Assembly: GCA_041677245.1 (NCBI GenBank)
Contig: JBAYQJ010000007.1
Coordinates: 50,861-114,860, forward strand
Origin: Spongiibacteraceae bacterium
GTDB lineage: Bacteria; Pseudomonadota; Gammaproteobacteria; Pseudomonadales; Dasaniaceae
DNA length: 64,000 nt
Direction of reading: 5' to 3'
Part shown: in pieces, positions 1 to 8,712 of the stretch
Layout: the number at the start of each line of letters is the position of its first letter
Numbering within the stretch: position 1 is the first letter of the stretch
The notes under the pieces: model-generated
What the model was told of the DNA's origin: nothing
Seen by the model: only the letters and a program-made list of their open reading frames with translations
Database searches by the model: none
Program-made: the position numbers and the translations under genes

Positions 1-772
1 CGGCGTCTTTAGATTTTAAGCGGAGCTCAATGGTTTGAACATCCCCTCCAACGCTGATAGCGTGGTCGAAAAAGTAGTTGGCTTTTTCCAGGTCATCGTC
101 ATCAATGATTTTAGAAATATGCTGGCCGATCAGCTCGGCGCGAGGATAATTGAGCAGGTTTTCTATCTTGGAATTGAGGAAGCTAAAACATCCCGCTTTA
201 TCCAAAATTAAAATAATATCTGGTGAATTGTTAACAATAAAACGGTGTAATCGTTCAGATTGAGTTAGGCGGCTCTGCATTAGTTGATTGGAGTTTTCCA
301 GTAACTTTTTCCGCATTGCATTGTTGACGGTAGCAGTTAGCTCTTCGGGCACATAAGGTTTTTTTAGGTAGTCATAGGCGCCATGGCGAAGTGCCTTACT
401 GATATCTTCGAGTGCTGTTTCGCCACTGACCACAATCGTTGTGGTGTGAATATTGTTGCTGGACATATAGCTCATCACATCGTGGCCGGATACCTGTGGC
501 ATCTTTAGGTCGAGTAATAGCAAGTCGTAAGTATTGCTTGAGAGCTTGTCGATGGCATTTTGGCCGCCGAGAGCAGTCTCTACATGGTAATTATATAACT
601 GTAATAGTGAGCTTAAGCTATCTAGCATCCGTTGGTCGTCGTCAGCTAAGAGGATGCGGCCATTGGGCTGGGTGGATGACGAGGCTGGATTAGCTGCTTC
701 ATTGCTAGCGGTTTTTTGGTCAAACGCATTTTGCTTGGCCAGCAAGCCTTCTATGATTATTTGCTCGGTCAT
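1..772 (-). CDS. response regulator receiver (REC) + PAS domain protein, 3' end cut by the window edge
   Basis: Absent from the ORF track because it runs off the edge. My reverse-complement translation from the ATG at 772-770 gives MTEQIIIEGLL...RILLADDDQRMLDSL...DLLLLDLKMPQVSGHDVM...HGAYDYLKKP (CheY-like REC). This is followed by NNSPDIILILDKAGCFSFLNSKIENLLNYPRAELIGQHISKII (PAS-like). GGAG lies 7 nt upstream of the ATG, and the gene starts 52 nt downstream of the kinase gene on the same strand. Confidence 0.8.
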   Translation of the reverse strand, partial: MTEQIIIEGLLAKQNAFDQKTASNEAANPASSSTQPNGRILLADDDQRMLDSLSSLLQLYNYHVETALGGQNAIDKLSSNTYDLLLLDLKMPQVSGHDVMSYMSSNNIHTTTIVVSGETALEDISKALRHGAYDYLKKPYVPEELTATVNNAMRKKLLENSNQLMQSRLTQSERLHRFIVNNSPDIILILDKAGCFSFLNSKIENLLNYPRAELIGQHISKIIDDDDLEKANYFFDHAISVGGDVQTIELRLKSKDA

Positions 773-824
773 CGATAGCTCCGTCATCATTTATTCGATC
801 ATTGCTTAGTTGCAATAGATAGAA

Positions 825-2921
825 TTATTGAGGCAATAAAATTTGAAATTGGGTGCCTTGGTTACTACTGCGACAAACAACTGAGCCATCCATGTCTTCG
901 ACCAGGTTTTTAACGATGCTAAGCCCTAAACCTGAGTGATTATTGCCTTTAGTCGATTTTACTGGGTTGAAAAGTGATTGCTTTATATCCTTGGGTATTC
1001 CTGGGCCATTATCCTCTACATAGATACTAATGAAATCTCGGCCACTAACGCTCACCGATGCTTCGCTGCTAACCACAATGCGGCTGTTTGGTGGCAAAAT
1101 TTCGCAAGCGTTTTTTAATAAATTAGTTAGAATTTGTTTTAAGTGCTCAGGGTTGCCTTTAATCTCGTGCAGTTGAGGGTCGAGTTTGAGCTCCAGGGTG
1201 ATTTGCCGAGTAGCGCAGATCGAGCCGGAGAATATATGTGCGATACCCTCAATAATTTCATTGGCATGCAGTGAGCTTGGATCGGTTGCTGTCTGTTGTG
1301 GATCTTTTAGGCGCAATAAGATGTTGCCAACTCGGTCAATTTCTTCGCTGATGAGCTTTAGGCCGTCATTGGCGCTATGGTTATCACCCAATTTGATGCG
1401 CAGCATTTCCAGATAGTTACGCATAATACTCAAGGGGTTGCTGGCTTCGTGAACTGCTTCGTTGATGGTTTTCTGGTATAGCTCAGCGCTGCTTTGTTGT
1501 TGCTCAATCGCGTCGAACCGTTGCTGGAAGCTGGCAATAGCACTGGCAATATGACGGCACAGGCTACTGCTCAGCGCTGCTCGCAGCTCTAATTGCTCCA
1601 ATTGTTGCTCGGTGGTGGCAAAAGCCAGTACACCGATGTCTTGGTCACTGCCGTCGTTGCTTGCGGCCGTGAGCCTAAGGGGCCAGCAAATTAAAATATC
1701 TGACTGGCAGTAACGCAGTATTTGCCGGTCTATTATGCTGAGTGGTTCGCTGATCTTGTGGCTGGATTGCTGCAGATTAAGGAGTAGTGCGTCACAAATT
1801 AGACTGCGGCCTGGCTCGAGCGGGAGGCGAAAATCTAAGGCTGGTGCCTGCTCATGGGGAGCGATCGGAGGTTGTGAATAGAGCAGCTTATGCTCCTGGT
1901 CCAGTAGAAAAAGTACGCTGTTAGAAACGCCCAAAGTGAGAAAAAGTGCTCGCTGGGCTGCCTCCTGCAAACCGGCTTGGGTTTTTGCCAGCCGCAAGTC
2001 CGTATTGATGTGTGCCAGTTCAGTAAAATCACCGAGTCTTTGTCCCAGTTGCAGTCGAGCCTCATGGTGTTGTTGCTGCGCGGTTTCGGTGTCGTCGATA
2101 TCAATACCCATGCTTTGCGCCAGTTGATCAGCATCGACATTGATACGGTTGCGTAGCTCTTTGGTTAGCGCTTCGTTTAAGCCAAATAGTGTATTAGCGC
2201 TGCTTAGCGCCTGATCGCTAATGGTGCCATTGATGCTGAGTGTGCTGGCTAAATGGATAATTTTTACTAGATGATGGGCATCCAGTAGCAGGTGTTCAGC
2301 TTCGTGGTGGTAGCGCACGGCATCGGCCATAAAGCCGGGGATGTTCCAGCTATCAATGAGCTCGGCGCCTAGCAGGCAGTGATTTAAGCCTTGTAGCTGT
2401 TCGGCGGCGAGGAGCTGTTGGTCATCGTGGCATTGTGTGTATAACTCTAAATAATGCTGCTGTTCGTCGCTGAGTAGTATTAATTGGCCTACATCGGTTA
2501 GCAATCCGCACAAATAGGCTTCTTCGGGTGCGGAATAGCTGGTTAGCGTGGCTAGTACTTTGGCGAAGTTGGCGGTAATCAAGGAGCGGCGCCAAAAGGG
2601 CTGCATAAATTGGCTGTGCTGTTGATTGAAGTTGGCGAAGAGTTGTTTGATGGATATGGTGATAACGATGGTTTTTACTGCGTCGATACCTAAATAAAGT
2701 AAGGCGCGTTCAATGCTGTCGCAGCGGCCGGTACGGCCGTAATAGCTGGAATTGGCTACAGTGAGTAGCTTGGCGGTGATGGCAGTATCATGACGCATGA
2801 TATCGGCAATGCGCTGATAGTCAGCATCATCGCTTTGTATTGCGTCAAGGATCTTTACCAATACCTGCGGTAAGCTCGGTAGCTGGTTGATAGCTGTTTT
2901 TGTTCCCACTCCGAGGCCCAT
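825..2921 (-). CDS. HDOD domain-containing sensor histidine kinase
   Basis: N-terminal HDOD-like region (LPSLPQVLVKILDAIQSDDADYQRIADIMRHDTAITAKLLTVANSSYYG). H-box HEASNPLSIMRNYLEML. HATPase_c motifs NLLKNACEIL, DNGPGIP, GLGLSIVKNLVEDMDGSV. Confidence 0.85.
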   Translation of the reverse strand: MGLGVGTKTAINQLPSLPQVLVKILDAIQSDDADYQRIADIMRHDTAITAKLLTVANSSYYGRTGRCDSIERALLYLGIDAVKTIVITISIKQLFANFNQQHSQFMQPFWRRSLITANFAKVLATLTSYSAPEEAYLCGLLTDVGQLILLSDEQQHYLELYTQCHDDQQLLAAEQLQGLNHCLLGAELIDSWNIPGFMADAVRYHHEAEHLLLDAHHLVKIIHLASTLSINGTISDQALSSANTLFGLNEALTKELRNRINVDADQLAQSMGIDIDDTETAQQQHHEARLQLGQRLGDFTELAHINTDLRLAKTQAGLQEAAQRALFLTLGVSNSVLFLLDQEHKLLYSQPPIAPHEQAPALDFRLPLEPGRSLICDALLLNLQQSSHKISEPLSIIDRQILRYCQSDILICWPLRLTAASNDGSDQDIGVLAFATTEQQLEQLELRAALSSSLCRHIASAIASFQQRFDAIEQQQSSAELYQKTINEAVHEASNPLSIMRNYLEMLRIKLGDNHSANDGLKLISEEIDRVGNILLRLKDPQQTATDPSSLHANEIIEGIAHIFSGSICATRQITLELKLDPQLHEIKGNPEHLKQILTNLLKNACEILPPNSRIVVSSEASVSVSGRDFISIYVEDNGPGIPKDIKQSLFNPVKSTKGNNHSGLGLSIVKNLVEDMDGSVVCRSSNQGTQFQILLPQ

Positions 2922-3051
2922 AGTTTATTAGTAATAGCTAAATAGCTTGCAGGGTAAAAACTAGAAAATGATTGCCCCTGCTGCCGTTTCCTTATTTTCC
3001 CCAGTATCTTTGTTTTTGCTTAAATATTTATAAAGTCAGTGTAGCTGCTTT

Positions 3052-3079
3052 TTGCAGGTTGTGTCACAGACAGTATAAT
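3052..3079 (+). promoter_or_regulatory. candidate sigma70 promoter (TTGCAG, 16-nt spacer, TATAAT) for the MinD-like/GGDEF genes
   Basis: Read directly: TTGCAG at 3052-3057 and TATAAT at 3074-3079, in the divergent intergenic region. Confidence 0.35.
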
Positions 3080-3233
3080 CGCTTTAGTGTAACCAATAGT
3101 GTCGATGACGGCCAATTTTTGCTTGAAAAGCGAACGGTATTTGTGGTGATATGGGATGTTAAGGGTGAATGTCGCACAATAAAGGCTTGCTTGGGCGATA
3201 TTTTGTCTTGGCTGCCGTGAATACGGTGAGAAT

Positions 3234-4802
3234 ATGGCCGTTGACGCGGTCGTAAGCGGGATGGCAGGAGGGGTTTCGGTGCACGAGGCGCAGTTAAATA
3301 TGGAGAGTATGCTGGCCCATCCTCGAGTTATTGCCATCAGCAGTGGCAAAGGCGGAGTGGGCAAATCAAGTATTAGCGTCAATCTGGGGATTTCTCTGGC
3401 CAAAACGGGTGCCCGGGTTTGTCTGCTCGATGCGGATACCGGTTTGGCCAACGCTAATATTTTATTGGGTATTAGCCCGCAGTTTAACCTTGAGCACGTT
3501 GTTTATGGCACCAAACCCATAGAGGAGGTGATGCTAGATGCGCCTCATGGTTTGAAGATAGTCCCTGGGGCTAACGGTATCAGTGAGTGTGTCAGCTTGC
3601 ACCCGCGTCAACAACTACGTCTAACGCGAGAATTGTCGCGTATTGAAAGTCAATTCGATTTTATTTTGATTGATACTGCTGCCGGTGTGGCAGAATCAAC
3701 TCTGGATTTTATCAGCGCTGCCCACCATACATTGGTTGTAATTACACCTGAACCCACCTCATTAACCGATGCTTTTTCGTTAATTAAATTACTCAAGCGC
3801 CGTCAGGGCAGTATTCATTACCATGTCGTTGTTAATATGTGTCGCAGTGCGGGGCAGGCCAAGGAGGTCTTTCATCGTTTTGCGGCGGCGGTCGCTAAAT
3901 ATGTAGACGTGCAGTGTGGTTATGTCGGGCATATTTTGCTCGACGAAAGTATGCGTGCTGCGGTGGTGTTGCAAAACCCTGTGGCGATGTTTCCCGATAC
4001 GGATCCTTCTAGTCGCAGTTTTATGCGTTTGGCGGGTGATATTGATAAGGCCACTGCAGCGTTGCCCTCAAAAGGCTTGTTTAGCGACTTTTGGCAGCGT
4101 CAATACCGCAAAGATCACTGTGACCGTAAGGATCATGGCAACCATAAAGGTGATAATGCGCAGCCGGGTAAAAATAACAGGGGTGGACAAACTGATGTGT
4201 CTGCTCAAGCTAAGGGGGCATCATCTACACTAGTCGATACTAAGCCAAGTGCGGGCTCTCTGGTATCTGCAGCGACTCAAGAGAATGATTATCTCTCTGA
4301 GCTGCGTTCCAGGATTTTATTGATGATAGAGCAGGGGCGTGTTGACTCTGTACTGTTGCAGAGGATGTTACAGGACTCGGTAACAGCGTTTACTGAGCAC
4401 TATGAAAAATCCCCCGTCGATATTATTCAATTGGTAGAGACTCTCACCTTGGCTTCCGAGCGCAATGATCATTTGCTGCGGGCTATTGCCGACAGGGTGA
4501 GGCCCTGGGCTGCAATTAGCCCTAACCTGCCTGATAATGTCCTGTCCTTACGTGATATGGCTGCAGATGTAGAGGCTGATGCCGTTATCGATGAAGTTGC
4601 CGATAGTGCTGCGGTCAAGGTTGCTGCGCAGGGAGTGAGCTGTGTCACCACGTCAGAGCCGGTCTTGTCGGTGAGGTCTCCGCAACCATTGCCTCAGGTA
4701 TACGATACGGCGCGGTTTGGGGCTCAGGATAAACTGTTAGAAATACTCCGTTTAAAAGCCAATGAGCAACCATTGGCTAAATTATTAGATAGCTTGTGCT
4801 AG
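3234..4802 (+). CDS. MinD/ParA-family P-loop ATPase with a long C-terminal extension
   Basis: Deviant Walker A in AISSGKGGVGKSSISVNLGISLAKTGARVCLLDAD; Walker B-like FDFILIDTAAG. About 260 further residues have no motif I recognise. The start is uncertain, with in-frame ATGs also at 3261 and 3300. Confidence 0.8.
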   Translation: MAVDAVVSGMAGGVSVHEAQLNMESMLAHPRVIAISSGKGGVGKSSISVNLGISLAKTGARVCLLDADTGLANANILLGISPQFNLEHVVYGTKPIEEVMLDAPHGLKIVPGANGISECVSLHPRQQLRLTRELSRIESQFDFILIDTAAGVAESTLDFISAAHHTLVVITPEPTSLTDAFSLIKLLKRRQGSIHYHVVVNMCRSAGQAKEVFHRFAAAVAKYVDVQCGYVGHILLDESMRAAVVLQNPVAMFPDTDPSSRSFMRLAGDIDKATAALPSKGLFSDFWQRQYRKDHCDRKDHGNHKGDNAQPGKNNRGGQTDVSAQAKGASSTLVDTKPSAGSLVSAATQENDYLSELRSRILLMIEQGRVDSVLLQRMLQDSVTAFTEHYEKSPVDIIQLVETLTLASERNDHLLRAIADRVRPWAAISPNLPDNVLSLRDMAADVEADAVIDEVADSAAVKVAAQGVSCVTTSEPVLSVRSPQPLPQVYDTARFGAQDKLLEILRLKANEQPLAKLLDSLC

Positions 4803-4887
4803 CCCTCTAAGTGGCGGTAAATTTTGGGCTATACTTATCGCCATTCTTATTGATCTATCTTATTAGCTGTGAGTACAGGAGTGTTGG

Positions 4888-6057
4888 GTGCATCGTAATT
4901 CGGAGGGATCTGATCGCAAGTCTGCAGCGTTACCCCGCCGTCGCCTCGATAATCTTGCCAGTACAGTGAAAGATCTTTTTCATAAAGCTGCCCAAAATGA
5001 GAAGATTCTACGGCGCTACCAGCAATTTGAATTAAAGCTATTGGATCAAAGTGGTTTAGAGCCTCTGCTGGATATGTTACTACGCAGTACTTTAGATTAT
5101 TTCCAGCTAGATTGCGTGGAGTTATGCTTATATGACCCCCAGCATACACTGCAAGAATTACTCTCCGAAGAGTGTTTGGCCCTACCTGGTTTATATCTGC
5201 TACAAGATGTTTCGCGAATCAGCAAAATTTACAGTAAGCAGCCGACGGTGCGTTTGGTGTCGACACGGGATGCTTTGCAGTTGCCGCTGCTTAGCCAGCG
5301 TAAATTACGCTCTGCAGCGTTATTACCTTTGATCCGTCAAGGTGTATTGATCGGGAGTCTGCACTTTGGTGCTTTGGGGTATCAACGGTTTACTAACGAT
5401 AAGTCGACAGATTTCATTGCTCATCTTGCTTCAATTGTGTCAGTCTGCTTAGAAAATGCAGTCAATCAGGAGCGGTTGCACCGGCTGAGCATGTATGACG
5501 CTTTAACTAAAGTGAAGAATCGGCGTGCTTTTCACTTGGCGCTGGATAAAGAAGTATCAAGGACGGCCCGCAATGGTGACCCTTTAAGTTTGCTGTTTGT
5601 TGATTTGGACTATTTTAAACGGGTGAACGATAGTTACGGCCATCCTATGGGCGATAAGGTGTTGCGAGATGTGGCGCAGTCGATTAGCGAGCTCTTGCGT
5701 AAAACCGATCATGTTTGTCGCTACGGCGGTGAGGAATTCGCTGTGATATTACCTAATTGTGGGCGGCAACGGGCGATGGAAATAGCCGAGCGTATCCGCC
5801 ATAAAATCGACCGACTACAAATTCAAAACCATGCGACGGAAGAGAGTGGTTGTAGTCAGATTAGTATTACTTTGTCAGTTGGGGTTTGTTGCTGGTTGCC
5901 TACAACAGAGTTGGATGAGGGCGGTGAAACGGATATTGCCGCCGCATTGATTGCCTGCTCCGATCGGGGGGTCTACCTTTCCAAAGCTGCGGGACGTAAC
6001 TGCAGTCACTACGTTGATCTGGATGATATGATAGCGCCAGTGATGGTGTCCGGTTAA
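4888..6057 (+). CDS. sensor (GAF/DUF484-like N-terminus) diguanylate cyclase, GGDEF domain
   Basis: RYGGEEFAVILP active-site motif with an RKTD I-site 5 residues upstream. DALTKVKNRRAF and FVDLDYFKRVNDSYGHPMGD are typical GGDEF blocks. GTG start per the ORF track, start uncertain. Confidence 0.85.
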   Translation: MHRNSEGSDRKSAALPRRRLDNLASTVKDLFHKAAQNEKILRRYQQFELKLLDQSGLEPLLDMLLRSTLDYFQLDCVELCLYDPQHTLQELLSEECLALPGLYLLQDVSRISKIYSKQPTVRLVSTRDALQLPLLSQRKLRSAALLPLIRQGVLIGSLHFGALGYQRFTNDKSTDFIAHLASIVSVCLENAVNQERLHRLSMYDALTKVKNRRAFHLALDKEVSRTARNGDPLSLLFVDLDYFKRVNDSYGHPMGDKVLRDVAQSISELLRKTDHVCRYGGEEFAVILPNCGRQRAMEIAERIRHKIDRLQIQNHATEESGCSQISITLSVGVCCWLPTTELDEGGETDIAAALIACSDRGVYLSKAAGRNCSHYVDLDDMIAPVMVSG

Positions 6058-6199
6058 TGGAAATATCTTGTGTCACTCGGCTACATGCTATTTAGAATGT
6101 TGTTAGGTAAGGCTTTTGTGGTGGTATTGCGAAACGGTGGGCAGGTGGAGCCGGCAGCGGTATTATTAGTCAATAACAGCATCAATAAAAAGGCAGATT

Positions 6200-6889
6200 A
6201 TGAGTCACGTAGAGGATCATAAAATACACCGTGTCGGTTGGATGCGGGCAGCAGTATTAGGGGCTAATGACGGTATTGTTTCAACTGCAAGTTTGATTGT
6301 TGGTGTTGCTGCTGCAGGTGTTGCTCACGGTGATATTTTACTGGCAGGTATTGCTGGCGTAGTGGCTGGAGCGATGTCTATGGCCGCGGGTGAGTATGTT
6401 TCGGTTAGCTCGCAAGCAGATACAGAAAATGCAGATATGGAGATGGAAAAAAATTCTATTTTGGATGATTATGCTGCTGAGCTTGAAGAGCTTGCTAAGA
6501 TTTATGAAGCGCGAGGAGTAGAGCCGCTGTTGGCGGAAAAAGTCGCTGGTCAGTTGATGTCCCACGATGCATTAGCTGCGCATGCTAGAGATGAGCTGGG
6601 AATATTTGAGCATATTAAGGCGCGACCTATTCAAGCGGCGCTTTCCTCAGCAGCAACTTTTTCTGCCGGAGCGGCTTTGCCTTTGATCGCTACTTGGCTT
6701 GTTGCTGGCAAGCAGCTTATTCCAACGGTTGCAGCAATAGCGCTGTTAGGGCTGGCGTTGTTGGGGGGGCTGGCGGCTAAAACAGGTGGCGCATCGGTTG
6801 TAAAAGGAGCGAGCCGTGTTACTTTTTGGGGGGTATTGGCAATGTTAATGACGGCAGCTGTAGGTTATGTTTTTGGTGTTGGGGCTTAA
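6200..6889 (+). CDS. VIT1/CCC1 family iron/manganese transporter
   Basis: WMRAAVLGANDGIVSTASLIVGVAAAG family signature, an acidic cytoplasmic loop and C-terminal TM segments. Confidence 0.85.
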   Translation: MSHVEDHKIHRVGWMRAAVLGANDGIVSTASLIVGVAAAGVAHGDILLAGIAGVVAGAMSMAAGEYVSVSSQADTENADMEMEKNSILDDYAAELEELAKIYEARGVEPLLAEKVAGQLMSHDALAAHARDELGIFEHIKARPIQAALSSAATFSAGAALPLIATWLVAGKQLIPTVAAIALLGLALLGGLAAKTGGASVVKGASRVTFWGVLAMLMTAAVGYVFGVGA

Positions 6890-6997
6890 ACTACGCCACC
6901 CATTATAGAGGGGGCTGGCATAACCTCGGATAACATCAGAACTTTTTGATTTAATTGGTGGGTCAACTACCCTACAAAGCCATGTTGCTGACGTAGA

Positions 6998-7013
6998 GTG
7001 GAATTTATTCCAC
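6998..7013. promoter_or_regulatory. perfect 16-bp palindrome GTGGAATTTATTCCAC, possible operator
   Basis: Read directly. Lies about 130 bp upstream of the GGDEF gene at 7140. Confidence 0.25.
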
Positions 7014-7139
7014 CATGGTCGCTTTGAGGTGACGAAGATTAAGCGGCAGAGGGCGTAGTATTTAGGGAAAACGGTTAGTTATAATAAGCAAGTATAACTC
7101 CGGGCTTTGATGGCTAAGGAGCAACACCAGGAATAACTT

Positions 7140-8204
7140 ATGATTAGAAAGTTTTTTATAACCTTGCTGGTTGCTCTGTCAGGCATAGTTGTTACGCTCA
7201 ATGTCGGCGCCTATATTGAGGCGAGGGTAAAAAGTGTACAGGATGGAGAGTTACAGGAAAATATAGATCGATGGTTCCGGATGATGAGAGTGACGGGTGT
7301 TGACGAGCTAAGCCCGTATGACCTGGAGCAGAGTCTTAAGGCTATTTTTGATACTAATACACTACAAATCACTCTGGCCAAAGGCTTAGGTGATAACCGA
7401 AAGATTGTCGCTGAAACTTCCCCCACAGAAGGCAATTTGATCGTCGTTGATTCGGTTCAGGATTCTAGCGACAGCTTGGTTGCAACGGGTGGGGATCATT
7501 GGGAGATGACCATCATTCCCACGGATGCGTACTATTCTGCAAAATATCAACAAGCAAAATTTGTGGTCGTGGTCTTGGGCTGTGTCGTTACTTTGCTATT
7601 GACGTTTATCGTGTTTCTTTATCAATGGCGGACAGCAGTTATTAAAGCACTGGTTAATCGGCGAACTGATGAGCTGAGCAGAGCTAATCATGAGCTTGAT
7701 CGTTTATCCCGCATCGATTTTCTTACTGATGTTGCTAACCGGCGTTATTTTGAAGAGAGCCTGGAGCGTGAGTGGTCGCGAGCAAGTCGTGGTAAGCATC
7801 CTGTTAGCTTGTTGATGATCGATGTGGATTTTTTTAAAAAATATAATGATCAGTATGGTCATATCGATGGTGATAGTTGTTTACAGCAGGTAGCCAATGC
7901 ATTGTTAAATTCAGGTAAGCGTCCTGCGGATTTAGTCGCACGTTTTGGCGGTGAGGAGTTTGTGATGTTGTTGCCTGAAACAGATGAGGGCGCTGAGTTA
8001 CTGGCGGAAAGATGCCGGCAGCGAGTCGAAGAATTACGGCTTTTGCATGAGCAGTCTGAAGTTGGTCCGTATGTAACCGTTAGTATAGGGGGAGCTACGA
8101 TGGTGCCAAATGACGGTAAGTCATCACGAGCGTTACTTAAAGCGGCAGATGATGCTTTGTATCAGGCTAAGAGTGACGGCCGCAACAGAGTTAAGTTTGT
8201 TTAG
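7140..8204 (+). CDS. membrane-anchored diguanylate cyclase (periplasmic sensor loop + GGDEF)
   Basis: Two TM segments flank a roughly 130-aa loop. RFGGEEFVMLLPE with an RPAD I-site; IDVDFFKKYNDQYGHIDGD. Confidence 0.85.
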   Translation: MIRKFFITLLVALSGIVVTLNVGAYIEARVKSVQDGELQENIDRWFRMMRVTGVDELSPYDLEQSLKAIFDTNTLQITLAKGLGDNRKIVAETSPTEGNLIVVDSVQDSSDSLVATGGDHWEMTIIPTDAYYSAKYQQAKFVVVVLGCVVTLLLTFIVFLYQWRTAVIKALVNRRTDELSRANHELDRLSRIDFLTDVANRRYFEESLEREWSRASRGKHPVSLLMIDVDFFKKYNDQYGHIDGDSCLQQVANALLNSGKRPADLVARFGGEEFVMLLPETDEGAELLAERCRQRVEELRLLHEQSEVGPYVTVSIGGATMVPNDGKSSRALLKAADDALYQAKSDGRNRVKFV

Positions 8205-8712
8205 TGGCCTTAGTATAAAGTTAGCTTTCCTGGTGGTCTTAGTCGATTTTGTATGATGGCCTATAATTTTTTACCTATGCCTGATTTTTGGTGACGTTGA
8301 GATACTGCTAAATCCGGCAGATAACAGACATAATGGCGATCAGTAATACACAGTGCAATGCTAACTAGATGATCCGAATCTCAGTGGCACACTTCAGAGT
8401 CGTGGGTCAGAGGGTAAGTCCTTGATTCATGATTTTTAATCATTTCCCTCTCGGTAGGCTAAAATAACCAACTAACCTTTTCAATGTGTGGCCCCCGTCC
8501 TTTTTTACATGTGCCTTAACCATTGCGGCATTCCTCTCTGTCTTTATACGTACCTTCCCCCCCAATTAAGCTATTGATATATTTCATTTTATGCCTATGG
8601 AATTTCAACAATAGCGTTTGTATTTGGGCAATAGGCCTGTCCATTGCTCAGTATTGGTATAGCTGTTTTACTGCTATTAATAAAATAAATAAATAGATTA
8701 ATAGAGCTGCCT

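Noticed and set aside
439-693. 84-aa plus-strand ORF in the track
   Set aside because: It lies antisense inside the well-supported REC-PAS gene and has a Cys/Trp/Arg-rich, non-protein-like composition. It is a shadow ORF.
3020-3451. 143-aa minus-strand ORF spanning the divergent promoter region and the start of the MinD-like gene
   Set aside because: It overlaps a motif-supported CDS and an intergenic promoter, and has no motifs of its own.
6058-6199. Possible yybP-ykoY (Mn) riboswitch ahead of the VIT1 transporter gene
   Set aside because: I could not find the conserved GGGGAGUAG-type core or a paired four-helix layout by eye. A cmscan would be needed to revisit this.
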